Source of the DNA: Legionellaceae bacterium
GTDB lineage: Bacteria; Pseudomonadota; Gammaproteobacteria; Legionellales; Legionellaceae
Direction: 5' to 3'
DNA: 64,000 bases
NCBI GenBank assembly: GCA_029210085.1
Contig: JARGPP010000024.1
Location: 4,175 to 68,174 of the forward strand
The stretch's first letter is position 1, and each line of letters opens with the position of its first letter. The notes beneath the pieces are model-generated. The model did not search any database, was not told the origin of the DNA, and saw only the letters and a program-made list of their open reading frames with translations. Below are positions 48,396 through 57,911 of the stretch, one piece after another. The translations under genes were made by a program, and so were the position numbers.

Positions 48396-50144
48396 ATGGG
48401 CGGTCTGATCCCACAACAATTTATTGACGAATTATTGGCAAAAACTGATATTGTCAATTTTATTGATAGTTATGTTCCACTCAAAAAACAAGGGACCAGC
48501 CACTCAGCATGCTGCCCCTTCCATGATGAGAAAACACCTTCTTTCAATGTCATCGCAAAAAAACAGTTTTACCACTGTTTTGGCTGTGGTGTAAGTGGAA
48601 ATATTATCAGCTTTGCAATGCAGTATTTAAATCAAGATTTTCCTGAAGCCATAGAAACACTTGCGGCACGTGCAGGTCTTGAAGTTCCTCGAGACAGCCA
48701 ATCGACACGCTCCCATATTAAAAGCCTCCCTCTTTATGAGCTTTTAAGCCAAGTTGCAGTGTTTTATCAAAACAAATTAGACACCCCAGGCCCAGGACAT
48801 GATGCAAAGCGTTATTTAGAAAAACGGGGGGTCAGTGCTGAAGTCATCAAACGCTATCAAGTCGGTTACGCTCCTCAAGGCTGGCATACACTCGAACAAT
48901 CCTTTAAACCACACCTCAACGAACTGATAACCACGGGCATGCTCGTTCAAAAAGACGACAATAACACGTATGACCGATATCGCCACCGCATTATTTTCCC
49001 TATCCATGACTGCCATGGACGACTCATTGGCTTTGGTGGACGTGCCATTGATGACACACAAAAGCCAAAGTACTTAAACTCCCCCGAAACGGTTATTTTT
49101 CAAAAAAATCGTGAGCTATACGGCTTACATCAAGTCCTTGAAACTTATCCTAAAAGTCCACACAGCATCTTAATCGTTGAAGGTTATATGGATGTAATAG
49201 CGCTTGCTGAGCACGGTATTTTAAATGCTGTTGCAACGCTCGGCACAGCAACCAGTACTTACCATGTTCAACGCTTAAGTAAGCATACCCAAACACTGAT
49301 TTTTTGTTTTGATGGTGATGCAGCAGGAAAAAAAGCAGCCCTTCGCGCACTTGAAAATACGTTACCTACACTCGATGGCAAACTCAACGCTCAATTTATT
49401 TTTCTACCTGAAGGCGAAGACCCTGATAGCCTTATACAGCGTGAAGGACAAGAGGCATTTAACCAGCGTATCCAACAAGCAACACCGCTTCATGAATATC
49501 TACTTCAAATACTCACCGAATCACTGGATATGACAAGTCTTGCCGGTCGAAGTCAGCTCCTAGGCGCCATCACGCCGTATTGGCAAAAATTACCGGATGG
49601 CCCTTATAAGCAGCTTTTACTCGATGAACTCGCTCGCCTCACTCATCTTGATGTACATCGTATCGATAAAACACTTAACGAGGCTCACCCCCCCAAAAAA
49701 ATGACGACTTCACCTCAATATTTAAAACGTACACCCATTCGAATTGCAACGGCTTTATTGCTACAACATCCTGAACTTTATACCTCAGCCCATGCCCAGC
49801 TCCCACATTTAGACCAGTTCACTGAATCAAACCAACAAGTTCTCAAGCAATTACTACAACATCTATCAGAAAATCCAAGCAGTACTACAGCAACACTTGT
49901 GGAACTATTTCGCAACACCACACTATTTGATGCCATCAATAAATTAGCCGCATGGAATCACCAAGTTCCTGCCACAGCACTAGAAACTGAGTTCATTGAA
50001 ACCGTCCTGTTTTTAACCAAACAAACAGAAGTTCGAGAGGTTGAGCAACTCATCAAAAAAGCCCGTCATCACAGTCTCACCGAAACAGAAAGAAAGACAT
50101 TACAGGCCATGCTTCAAAATCGACACCGCCATTCTGAGACATAA
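48396..50144 (+). CDS. dnaG: DNA primase
   Basis: 582 aa with a zinc ribbon (CCPFHDEKTPSFNV...YHCFGCG), a TOPRIM region (VEGYMDVIAL, FDGDAAGKKAA) and a C-terminal DnaB-interaction domain. Confidence 0.95.
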   Translation: MGGLIPQQFIDELLAKTDIVNFIDSYVPLKKQGTSHSACCPFHDEKTPSFNVIAKKQFYHCFGCGVSGNIISFAMQYLNQDFPEAIETLAARAGLEVPRDSQSTRSHIKSLPLYELLSQVAVFYQNKLDTPGPGHDAKRYLEKRGVSAEVIKRYQVGYAPQGWHTLEQSFKPHLNELITTGMLVQKDDNNTYDRYRHRIIFPIHDCHGRLIGFGGRAIDDTQKPKYLNSPETVIFQKNRELYGLHQVLETYPKSPHSILIVEGYMDVIALAEHGILNAVATLGTATSTYHVQRLSKHTQTLIFCFDGDAAGKKAALRALENTLPTLDGKLNAQFIFLPEGEDPDSLIQREGQEAFNQRIQQATPLHEYLLQILTESLDMTSLAGRSQLLGAITPYWQKLPDGPYKQLLLDELARLTHLDVHRIDKTLNEAHPPKKMTTSPQYLKRTPIRIATALLLQHPELYTSAHAQLPHLDQFTESNQQVLKQLLQHLSENPSSTTATLVELFRNTTLFDAINKLAAWNHQVPATALETEFIETVLFLTKQTEVREVEQLIKKARHHSLTETERKTLQAMLQNRHRHSET

Positions 50145-50250
50145 TAGTTGAAGCTTTCTCATTTTTTTGATATATCTACTCTTTTCACATGCACCCCTGA
50201 CACACAAGGAAAGGGCTGTTAAATTTCAGCAATACGAGAGTGAACTCATA

Positions 50251-50682
50251 GTGAATAATGATACGATTGGAAACCTAGATATTGCCCCTTACATGGAAAA
50301 AAAGGGCGAAGAGTACATGAATGACAAGCAGCGTACACATGTTGAAACCATTTTGCTCGCTTGGCGAAAATCACTGATGGAAGAAGTCGACCGCACGGTC
50401 ACCCTCATGAAAGATGAAGCTGCCAATTTTCCAGATCCGGCTGATCGCGCAAGTCAAGAAGAAGAGTTTAGTATTGAATTACGTGCACGCGACCGAGAAC
50501 GAAAACTCATCAAAAAAATTGAGGACGCACTTGAGCGTATCAGTGAAGATGATTTTGGTTACTGCGAAGCTTGCGGTGTTGAAATTGGCATGCGTCGATT
50601 AGAAGCGCGTCCCACAGCAACCCTCTGCATCGACTGTAAAACACTCTCAGAAATCAAAGAGCGACAAAATCAAGGTAATTAA
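50251..50682 (+). CDS. dksA: RNA polymerase-binding transcription factor DksA
   Basis: EEYMNDKQ...[35 protein letters not shown] and the zinc finger [29 protein letters not shown] match E. coli DksA. The start is uncertain: GTG at 50251 or TTG at 50167. Confidence 0.9.
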   Translation: MNNDTIGNLDIAPYMEKKGEEYMNDKQRTHVETILLAWRKSLMEEVDRTVTLMKDEAANFPDPADRASQEEEFSIELRARDRERKLIKKIEDALERISEDDFGYCEACGVEIGMRRLEARPTATLCIDCKTLSEIKERQNQGN

Positions 50683-50689
50683 AACCGTA

Positions 50690-51946
50690 CTAAACCCAAT
50701 AGGGTGCTATGGCATCAACATGTCGTGCAACAGCGCCCTGACTTGCCTTTAAGGCGTCTGTTGCACGTGTTACTTGGGCAGTACATAAATGTGGCTTATG
50801 GTGAAATTCGCGAATGGCACCAACCAAAGCGGTTGCACTAGCAACCTGCTGCATGGCCTGAACACGCATTAACTCTTCACATAAGCTTTTAGAGTTTTGC
50901 ATAAACATCCCACAAAAAACAGGCACTTCAAGTGCCATGGGCTCAAGCACATTATGCCCTCCAATGGGTACAAAGCTTCCCCCAACGAACGCATAATCAC
51001 TTAAACCATAAAACCCAAGCAACTCGCCTAATGAATCTAACACCACAACCTCAGAAGCCAAATCAATACTCGCTTTTTCGCTACGACGCCCGGTCTTAAA
51101 TCGATGCTTTTGTGCCAATTGATAAACCCCATCAAAACGCTCAGGATGCCGAGGTGCGATTAAAAGAACAACATTAGGAACCGCTGCTTGCAAGGCCTTC
51201 AAAGCCAATAATATTTGCTCTTCTTCTCCTTCATGCGTACTCGCTGCAAGCACAACAGGTCGTGTATCACCCCATAATTGCTTTAAAAATGCTACAGGTT
51301 TAGAGACATCATGCGAAACTTGCAAATCACTCTTCATATTACCTAAAACAGACACTTTGTTTTTTGAGGCACCTAGCACACAAAACCGTTCAGCATCATA
51401 CTCACTCTGTGCAAAAATACCGGTGACACAAGCCCAAAGAGGCTTAAAAAACCAACGTACTCGCTGATAAGCGCGAAAAGCACCATCTGAAATACGTGCA
51501 TTCGCAATAAATAAGGCAACGCCTTGTGCTTTTGCTACAAACATCAAATTAGGCCATAGTTCTGTTTCCATAATAATACCAACACGTGGTTGATAGACTT
51601 TAAAAAAACGTCGCAAAGCCATTGGAAAATCATAGGGAATATACTGATGTACAACACGCTTCCCAAACAAACGTTGCACTTGTTCTGATCCTGTGGGTGT
51701 CATGGTGGTCACCAATACACGCTGATTCGCTTCAAGCATCTGTTCAATCAACATTTTTGCAGCAACCACTTCACCGAGAGATACAGCATGCACCCAAACA
51801 TCCACAGGCGAAGATGTACCTATGCCCCACGCCAACCGCTCTTTTATACGTGATCGATAAGCAGGATTTTTTCGTCCTTTCCAAAACAGCCGTAACATAA
51901 TGAAAGGCAACAATAAATAAAATAACGCTGTATAAATAAACCGCAT
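50690..51946 (-). CDS. waaA: 3-deoxy-D-manno-octulosonic acid (KDO) transferase
   Basis: MRFIYTALFYLLLPFIMLRLFWKGRKNPAYR matches the WaaA N-terminus, with WVHAVSLGE downstream. The 3' end is 7 nt from the dksA stop (convergent). Confidence 0.9.
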   Translation of the reverse strand: MRFIYTALFYLLLPFIMLRLFWKGRKNPAYRSRIKERLAWGIGTSSPVDVWVHAVSLGEVVAAKMLIEQMLEANQRVLVTTMTPTGSEQVQRLFGKRVVHQYIPYDFPMALRRFFKVYQPRVGIIMETELWPNLMFVAKAQGVALFIANARISDGAFRAYQRVRWFFKPLWACVTGIFAQSEYDAERFCVLGASKNKVSVLGNMKSDLQVSHDVSKPVAFLKQLWGDTRPVVLAASTHEGEEEQILLALKALQAAVPNVVLLIAPRHPERFDGVYQLAQKHRFKTGRRSEKASIDLASEVVVLDSLGELLGFYGLSDYAFVGGSFVPIGGHNVLEPMALEVPVFCGMFMQNSKSLCEELMRVQAMQQVASATALVGAIREFHHKPHLCTAQVTRATDALKASQGAVARHVDAIAPYWV

Positions 51947-52022
51947 GCAAAATAAGCTCAAAAAGGACTTACCGCATTATACAAAAGCCACTCAAGCAAG
52001 GCTATACAAGCATTCAGATGGA

Positions 52023-53012
52023 CTAACGCTTTTTACGTACACGCAGTTGGGAGAGCTTTGACGAATTCAGCGCTTCCTCTTCAAGCAATTTCAGATAATT
52101 CATCAAACGTCGTTTATCTAAATCTCCAGACTTCACAGCAGCTTGGACAGCACAACCCGGTTCAACTTGATGTTGGCAGTTATTAAAGCGACACTGACTT
52201 GCATAATATCCAATATCAGAAAAAGTCATCGCTATCCCTTTTTTACAATCTACAAGTTGAATTTCTCTAATGCCAGGTGTATCCAAAATTAATCCACCTC
52301 GCTCTAAAGTAATCAATGAACGTCGGGTAGTTGTATGATGACCTTTTTGATCATGATCTCTTATGGCTCCTGTGGTTTGTCGATTTTCACCCAGTAATGT
52401 ATTCGTCAATGTAGACTTACCCACACCCGATGAACCTAACATCACCACAGTCATGCCGTTTTTTAACCAAGCAGAAAGTTTGAGTTGATTATCAACATCC
52501 AAACAATTAACTGCTTTAACGTTTAAGTTTGAATCAAGCATTTGCACTGATGAAACAAATGTATCAGGCGCTTTTGTTTGATCACTTTTGCTCAAAAGCA
52601 CAACAGGCTCAGCCCCTGATGCATGAACCAATGAAAGAAATCGTTCAATTCGATTTAAATTAAAATCTTCATTCATAGAAGAAACAATAAATGCAACATC
52701 CATATTGGCAGATATCAATTGTTTTTTTAGCTTATGTCCTGCTGCTTTCCTTGAAAAGCATGTTTTTCGTTGGAGGAGGCGTAAAAATTGTTGATGCTCA
52801 TCCAATAAGATCCAATCCCCTACAACCATTTCAGGCATAGCAGACAATAATGTAATCTTGTAAATATCAGAAGCGGTAGCAACGGCTATTTCAGTACCGT
52901 ACAACTCAATGATACGCGCAGGAATCGTCTCAGTGAGCTCTGTTGATGAACATTGTTGCTGAAAAAATGGCTGCCATCCTAAGCCTGTCAGTGAAGTATC
53001 ATGTGACATCAC
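52023..53012 (-). CDS. rsgA: Ribosome small-subunit-dependent GTPase A
   Basis: 329 aa, circularly permuted GTPase with a P-loop (GSSGVGKSTLTNTLLG) and a C-terminal zinc knuckle (CRFNNCQHQVEPGCAV). Confidence 0.87.
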   Translation of the reverse strand: MMSHDTSLTGLGWQPFFQQQCSSTELTETIPARIIELYGTEIAVATASDIYKITLLSAMPEMVVGDWILLDEHQQFLRLLQRKTCFSRKAAGHKLKKQLISANMDVAFIVSSMNEDFNLNRIERFLSLVHASGAEPVVLLSKSDQTKAPDTFVSSVQMLDSNLNVKAVNCLDVDNQLKLSAWLKNGMTVVMLGSSGVGKSTLTNTLLGENRQTTGAIRDHDQKGHHTTTRRSLITLERGGLILDTPGIREIQLVDCKKGIAMTFSDIGYYASQCRFNNCQHQVEPGCAVQAAVKSGDLDKRRLMNYLKLLEEEALNSSKLSQLRVRKKR

Positions 53013-53147
53013 AAACGCGTTATCCTTCTCAATAGGTTATATATCATACATTTATGGTTTAACAGTCCATGCGGTATGGATACTTTACTTCAAAAAATCA
53101 GACGGAATGCGAGCAAATGATGCCTACCACCCGTCTCCAAACAGCAC

Positions 53148-54572
53148 TTAAGACGTAATCAACTGAATATGTACCTTACGCCCTTTCAACTTTCCACTTC
53201 TCATAAAAGCATACACTTTCTTGAGTTGATTTTTTTGAATTGCAACGTAGGAATGTAGTGTTGAGATATCAATTTTTCCAATATTATCCCCATCTAATCC
53301 TGCATCTTTGATTAAAGCACCTAATATATCACCCGGTCGAATCTTATCTTTTCGTCCTGCGGCCAAACATAATGTCACCATTTGAGGCTGATGAATTGCA
53401 GTACTTGGCGTATTTAAAACATTTACATCAGCCCAAGGTATAGTAGCCGCTGATTCCTGCTCAATCAAACACAATCTATCTGCATCTGAAGGCAGTGTTA
53501 AACTGAAAGCAACTCCCTGACAACCAGCACGCCCCGTACGCCCAATTCGATGCACATGAACTTCGTACTCAAAAGCAAGATCGTAATTCACCACAGCAGC
53601 TAAATCTTTAATATCTAAACCGCGAGCCGCTACATCGGTTGCTATTAAAATAGAACAACTCTGATTAGAGAAACGAATCATAGCGCGATCACGCGCAACT
53701 TGCTCCATATCTCCATTCAGTGCAATGGCACTAAACCCTTCTTTTGTTAAACGAGATGCGAGGTGCGTGGTTTGATCTTTAGTATTACAAAAAATAAGCG
53801 TTGACACAGGCTGGTAATGGCATAAAAGCGCTTTAAGTACAGCAAACTTATCTGCTTGACGTGATACTTCATAAAATTGTTGTGTAATAGCTAGGGTATC
53901 TTGAGCATCTTCAATCACCACACGTGTTGGTGTACGCATAAAATGACTAGCCAGTTGGCTCATTTCGGTTGGATAAGTCGCTGAGAAAAATAATGTTTGC
54001 CTATCTTTAGGACAGAAAAAAAGCACTTCTTTTATCGCATCCAAAAATCCCATATCTAGCATTCTATCCGCTTCATCTAAAACCAAAGTGTGTAAATTTG
54101 CTAAAGATAAAGTATTTTCTTCTAGATGCTTTTTGACGCGACCTGGCGTACCCACAATAATGTGTGCACCATGTTTCAGGGAATCACGTTGGGGCCTCAT
54201 CGGTATGCCACCTGAAAGATTGAGAATCTTAACATGAGATAAAAGACGCGAAAGACGTCGTAACACTTGCCCCACTTGCTCGGCAAGTTCACGTGTCGGG
54301 CATAATATTAAAGCTTGAACGTCATAACACCCCACATTCAAAGCATTCAATAGGGTCAAACCAAAGGCTGCTGTTTTACCACTGCCCGTTTTTGCTTGAG
54401 CGATGACATCGAGCCCTTTGAGCATAAGTGGCAGCCCTTCGGCTTGTATGGGCGTCATCTGCTTAAGATCTAAAGAAATAAGGTTTTTTAGCAGTTCATT
54501 TCGTAAGGGTAAAGCAGAAAAGGCAAGTGTACTTTCACAGCCAACGAAATGAGGGGTATCTAAATTATTCAC
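53148..54572 (-). CDS. dbpA: ATP-dependent RNA helicase DbpA (DEAD box)
   Basis: Contains AKTGSGKT, DEAD (VLDEADRML), SAT and HRIGRTGRAG. The C-terminal DbpA RNA-binding domain includes KIRPGDILGAL...IGKIDI. Confidence 0.87.
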   Translation of the reverse strand: MNNLDTPHFVGCESTLAFSALPLRNELLKNLISLDLKQMTPIQAEGLPLMLKGLDVIAQAKTGSGKTAAFGLTLLNALNVGCYDVQALILCPTRELAEQVGQVLRRLSRLLSHVKILNLSGGIPMRPQRDSLKHGAHIIVGTPGRVKKHLEENTLSLANLHTLVLDEADRMLDMGFLDAIKEVLFFCPKDRQTLFFSATYPTEMSQLASHFMRTPTRVVIEDAQDTLAITQQFYEVSRQADKFAVLKALLCHYQPVSTLIFCNTKDQTTHLASRLTKEGFSAIALNGDMEQVARDRAMIRFSNQSCSILIATDVAARGLDIKDLAAVVNYDLAFEYEVHVHRIGRTGRAGCQGVAFSLTLPSDADRLCLIEQESAATIPWADVNVLNTPSTAIHQPQMVTLCLAAGRKDKIRPGDILGALIKDAGLDGDNIGKIDISTLHSYVAIQKNQLKKVYAFMRSGKLKGRKVHIQLITS

Positions 54573-54907
54573 AGGTTTAAATGAACCATATTTTGAGACA
54601 ATCCATATACTAACATCAAAAAGGTTTAATATAAATCAAATTATTAAAATAAAAAACATTTATTCCCTGTTAATAATGCTATAAAATAGACATATCATTG
54701 GTGATCAAAGCACTATTGAATACTGGAGCTTCTCAACCGCTGTTCAGATAAATACAACGAAAACTTTTTGCTAACGACCCTACTTCATACCCAAGTATCT
54801 CGATCGATGAGATGGTCGTTTAAAACCCTAAATTGATAAAATCATACTAAGGTTTTCGAATCAGCCATTATGATATACTATACCAGTAGTTTTTTTTTGG
54901 AAAAAAA

Positions 54908-55777
54908 ATGACACTTCGTACTTACCTAACACAACACGCCTGGTGGGGTAAATTACTAGGTGCTGGTCTTGGCTTTTTAATAGCAGGCCCATCGGGTGCT
55001 TTGCTGGGTATTTTTATCGGCAACTTTTTTGACCGCGGCTTAAGCGAGCACTTTACAAAGCCGCACTGGTTTTATCATGCTGAAAAACGCGCTGCAGTAA
55101 AACAAACATTTCAAAGAGCGACCTTTACCATTATGGGACATATCTGCAAAGCAGATGGACGCGTCTCAGAGCAAGAAATTGCTTTTGTAAAGAAAACGAT
55201 GTACGAACTTCATTTGAATCGGGCTGAACGCACATCTGCCCAACAGTTTTTTACACAAGGCAAAGCCTCTCATTTTAAACTCAATGAACCTTTAAACTTA
55301 CTCAAGAATCTTGCGACCGATAATCCGAAATTACTCCGGGAGTTCATACAACTACAATATAAAATGGCTCAAATTGGGGGACTTACCTCTAAAAAAATCA
55401 GCATTCTGAATCAATTATTACGTGGTCTTAATTTGGCGCCCATGCATGAGCAAGCCCATGCTCATGAAACGTTCTATGGCCACTTCAATCAGCATGCTCA
55501 TTCACGAAATCAATATCATTGGGGAAATCAGCACACCCATAATGCCTCCACATCTTACGCAGGAAGGCCACTTCAAGGTGCCTACACCCTATTAGACCTC
55601 CCTGAAAGCGCTACAAAACAAGAGGTTAAACGTGCCTATCGAAAAAAAATAAGTCAATACCATCCTGATAAATATATAGCCCAAGGACGCTCACAAGAAG
55701 ATATCAAAAAAGCCAACGAGAAAACTCAAGATGTACGCAAGGCATATGAAGCCATTTGCGCACATCAAGGTTGGTGA
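54908..55777 (+). CDS. djlA: Co-chaperone DjlA (membrane-anchored DnaJ-like protein)
   Basis: N-terminal TM segment (WWGKLLGAGLGFLIAGPSGALLGIFIGNFF), a TerB-like middle region, and a C-terminal J-domain (YTLLDLPESATKQEVKRAYRKKISQYHPDK). Confidence 0.87.
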   Translation: MTLRTYLTQHAWWGKLLGAGLGFLIAGPSGALLGIFIGNFFDRGLSEHFTKPHWFYHAEKRAAVKQTFQRATFTIMGHICKADGRVSEQEIAFVKKTMYELHLNRAERTSAQQFFTQGKASHFKLNEPLNLLKNLATDNPKLLREFIQLQYKMAQIGGLTSKKISILNQLLRGLNLAPMHEQAHAHETFYGHFNQHAHSRNQYHWGNQHTHNASTSYAGRPLQGAYTLLDLPESATKQEVKRAYRKKISQYHPDKYIAQGRSQEDIKKANEKTQDVRKAYEAICAHQGW

Positions 55778-55778
55778 T

Positions 55779-55991
55779 TTAACGGCTATCTAAAAAAACG
55801 CCAGCCTTATCTAAATATGCAATGGCCTCTTGCCCAAGATATTCATGCATTCGTGTAGAGGGATGAAATGGGTCAAACAATAAATAAGTATCACAGGAGT
55901 CTCCTGAATCAATACATGCATCAGTCACATGAGTAAATCCATAACGTTCAGGATAATGGAAAGCATTTTCAAAGCTCACGAGTATATTCAC
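55779..55991 (-). pseudogene. 3' remnant of a GCAT-like GDSL lipase gene (block V region only)
   Basis: VNILVSFENAFHYPERYGFTHVTDACIDSGDSCDTYLLFDPFHPSTRMHEYLGQEAIAYLDKAGVF aligns with the C-termini of the intact paralogs at 59413 and 61304. There is no GDSL block I upstream, where a porin gene in another frame ends 2 nt away. Confidence 0.75.
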
Positions 55992-55993
55992 AG

Positions 55994-56995
55994 TTAAATG
56001 GACGGTACCATAATCAGATGAAGATAAGGGCCACTAAAAGTAAAGTTTTTTCCCGGGGTCGTCAGTCCCAGTCTTTCTGAGCCATTTTGAATTAACGAAG
56101 ATGTATTAATTGCTGATGGTGTCACATGAATATAAGTAGCTCGTCGATAACCCAACACAGTAATAAATTGAGGAAAATATTTCGATTCATAAAGATAAGA
56201 TAACCCCAAACGTATATCACCTCCAGGTACAGCTTGTAGTGAACGTGGCGCCAATCTCTTTTGATAAACGGTGTTCATCCCAAGTTTATCCAAGTAGTTT
56301 GAATTGACATTAAGCGTATGACTTGTTCGGAGTGAACCGATGGATAAGACAGCAAAAAGATCACCTATAACACCAAATCCATGACCTAATGTATACAAGG
56401 CAAGTAGTCCTAAATCAGGTCCTGCACCAAGATACTCGGACTTACTCTGCAATTGAAGTACATATGTATTGGCTATTCCCGTATTAGTATTTAATCCGGC
56501 TGACAAAGTTTCTTTTATTCGTAATAAGTTGAGTCCACCATACACAATGCTTTGTAGTCTAGGAGTCCAGGTTATACTTTTTTCAATATTCAACGAGGTA
56601 GTGTCAAATCCAAAATCTATTTTTCCAGTGTTTTGTTTAAGATTTAAATGAGGAGAAGAAAGTTGTAAACGTGTGGAATGAGACGGAGTTCCTTTAATAT
56701 TTAAATGTAGCCACTCTAAGTAAGCCATATGAGTGAATTGAGATGGTGCATAGTTAAGCGCCAATTCAAAGCCAGGGGAATAATTGACTTTAATGCGTTG
56801 TAAAGGAGAAGTCTTTTCAAAAGCAAAAACCGTATAATTCTCATGACCGGACTGCGGTTGAATATATAGGGCGGCTACTTGAATATTTGTCTTGCTGAGC
56901 CCTGATGAACTGGACGTGTTTAGTGCGTATCCTATGCTTGAAAAAACCAATGCGAAAAACATAGCAGCAAAAAAAATAAACGTTCGTCTATGCAT
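55994..56995 (-). CDS. Outer-membrane porin, Legionella MOMP-like family
   Basis: 333 aa with a signal peptide (FFAAMFFALVFSSIGYA). The motif VAALYIQP recalls the ALYLQP motif of the Legionella MOMP / Coxiella P1 family. The protein has an alternating beta-strand pattern. Confidence 0.6.
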   Translation of the reverse strand: MHRRTFIFFAAMFFALVFSSIGYALNTSSSSGLSKTNIQVAALYIQPQSGHENYTVFAFEKTSPLQRIKVNYSPGFELALNYAPSQFTHMAYLEWLHLNIKGTPSHSTRLQLSSPHLNLKQNTGKIDFGFDTTSLNIEKSITWTPRLQSIVYGGLNLLRIKETLSAGLNTNTGIANTYVLQLQSKSEYLGAGPDLGLLALYTLGHGFGVIGDLFAVLSIGSLRTSHTLNVNSNYLDKLGMNTVYQKRLAPRSLQAVPGGDIRLGLSYLYESKYFPQFITVLGYRRATYIHVTPSAINTSSLIQNGSERLGLTTPGKNFTFSGPYLHLIMVPSI

Positions 56996-57080
56996 GGCCC
57001 TTCATTATGACTCACAAATAACTATAATATAATATTAAGCACCCTATTTACAGTATAACTCCAGAGCACAAGGCCTTCTT

Positions 57081-57911
57081 ATGATGATCAAAGTACCTCG
57101 ATATCTTAGAGTTTATTTATTAGTCGGCTTAACAGCTTTAAATCAGACAAGCTATTCAGCCCAAGCTATTACTTTACCAGCTCAAATAGATTGTTCTGAA
57201 AAAATCATTTTAAAAAAAGATGAATTGCCTTCCTATCTTGATGAAATTTGGGATAGCTTTTGTTCATATATTTTTTTAAATAACAAGGCTCCCGATGGCA
57301 TGGTAACGGTGTTTGGTGGTAATCATTTGCCAAAAGAAGATATTGATAATTATCAATTAATCCAAACATTTGCAAAAAAATGGACTGAGCATCCTCAAGC
57401 AAAACAATGGCCTATTGCATCAGGTGGTGGCAGAGGTGTGATGAGTGCTGCGACAAAAGGCGCCCAATCGGCATTGGATGGACATGGAAAAGCGTTAAAT
57501 TTAGTCGTCAATATACATGGGCAAAGTACACAATACGATGAGAGAGAAAACACATTTGTCTATCGTGGTATGTCTAAAAGAGAGCAAGATTTAATTAATT
57601 ATGCCCAGGCTGCTGTTTTTGGACTAGGTAAAGTGGGTACCGAATGGGAATTCTTCGAAGTGATAGAAAAAATACATTTATCAAAAAAACGTATCATTCC
57701 TGTTATTATTTTAGCTCCTTCCGAAAAAGCCGAAGCATTTATCAAAGGTTTATTTAGCCTGAAAAAGATCGGATTAATTCATGAGGAAGAAGTGGCTTAT
57801 GTGAACATAACTAACTCACCTGATAAGGCTGTACAACTTATTTTAATGTCTACTGACAAACGGAAAAAAGATCGAACCTGTGCAGCTAACTTATCTTTTC
57901 TAGCTGACTAA
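57081..57911 (+). CDS. LOG/TIGR00730-like Rossmann-fold protein with N-terminal signal peptide
   Basis: 276 aa with a signal peptide (YLRVYLLVGLTALNQTSYSAQA|IT). The LOG-like blocks are VTVFGGNH, PIASGGGRGVMSAATKGA and AAVFGLGKVGTEWEFFEV (compare PGGxGTxxE). The stop overlaps the convergent MFS 3' end. Confidence 0.6.
   Translation: MMIKVPRYLRVYLLVGLTALNQTSYSAQAITLPAQIDCSEKIILKKDELPSYLDEIWDSFCSYIFLNNKAPDGMVTVFGGNHLPKEDIDNYQLIQTFAKKWTEHPQAKQWPIASGGGRGVMSAATKGAQSALDGHGKALNLVVNIHGQSTQYDERENTFVYRGMSKREQDLINYAQAAVFGLGKVGTEWEFFEVIEKIHLSKKRIIPVIILAPSEKAEAFIKGLFSLKKIGLIHEEEVAYVNITNSPDKAVQLILMSTDKRKKDRTCAANLSFLAD

Noticed and set aside
54884-54907. T9-GG-A8 tract immediately upstream of the djlA start, as a possible phase-variable homopolymer switch.
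   Set aside because: The tract lies outside the coding sequence in an AT-rich leader. The A-run plus GG simply provides a weak RBS context. There is no evidence of length heterogeneity from a single sequence.
55994-56995. Idea that the porin plus the downstream GDSL fragment form a GDSL autotransporter.
   Set aside because: The domain order is wrong, because GDSL autotransporters have the esterase N-terminal and the barrel C-terminal. The two parts are in different frames, and the lipase part lacks blocks I-III.
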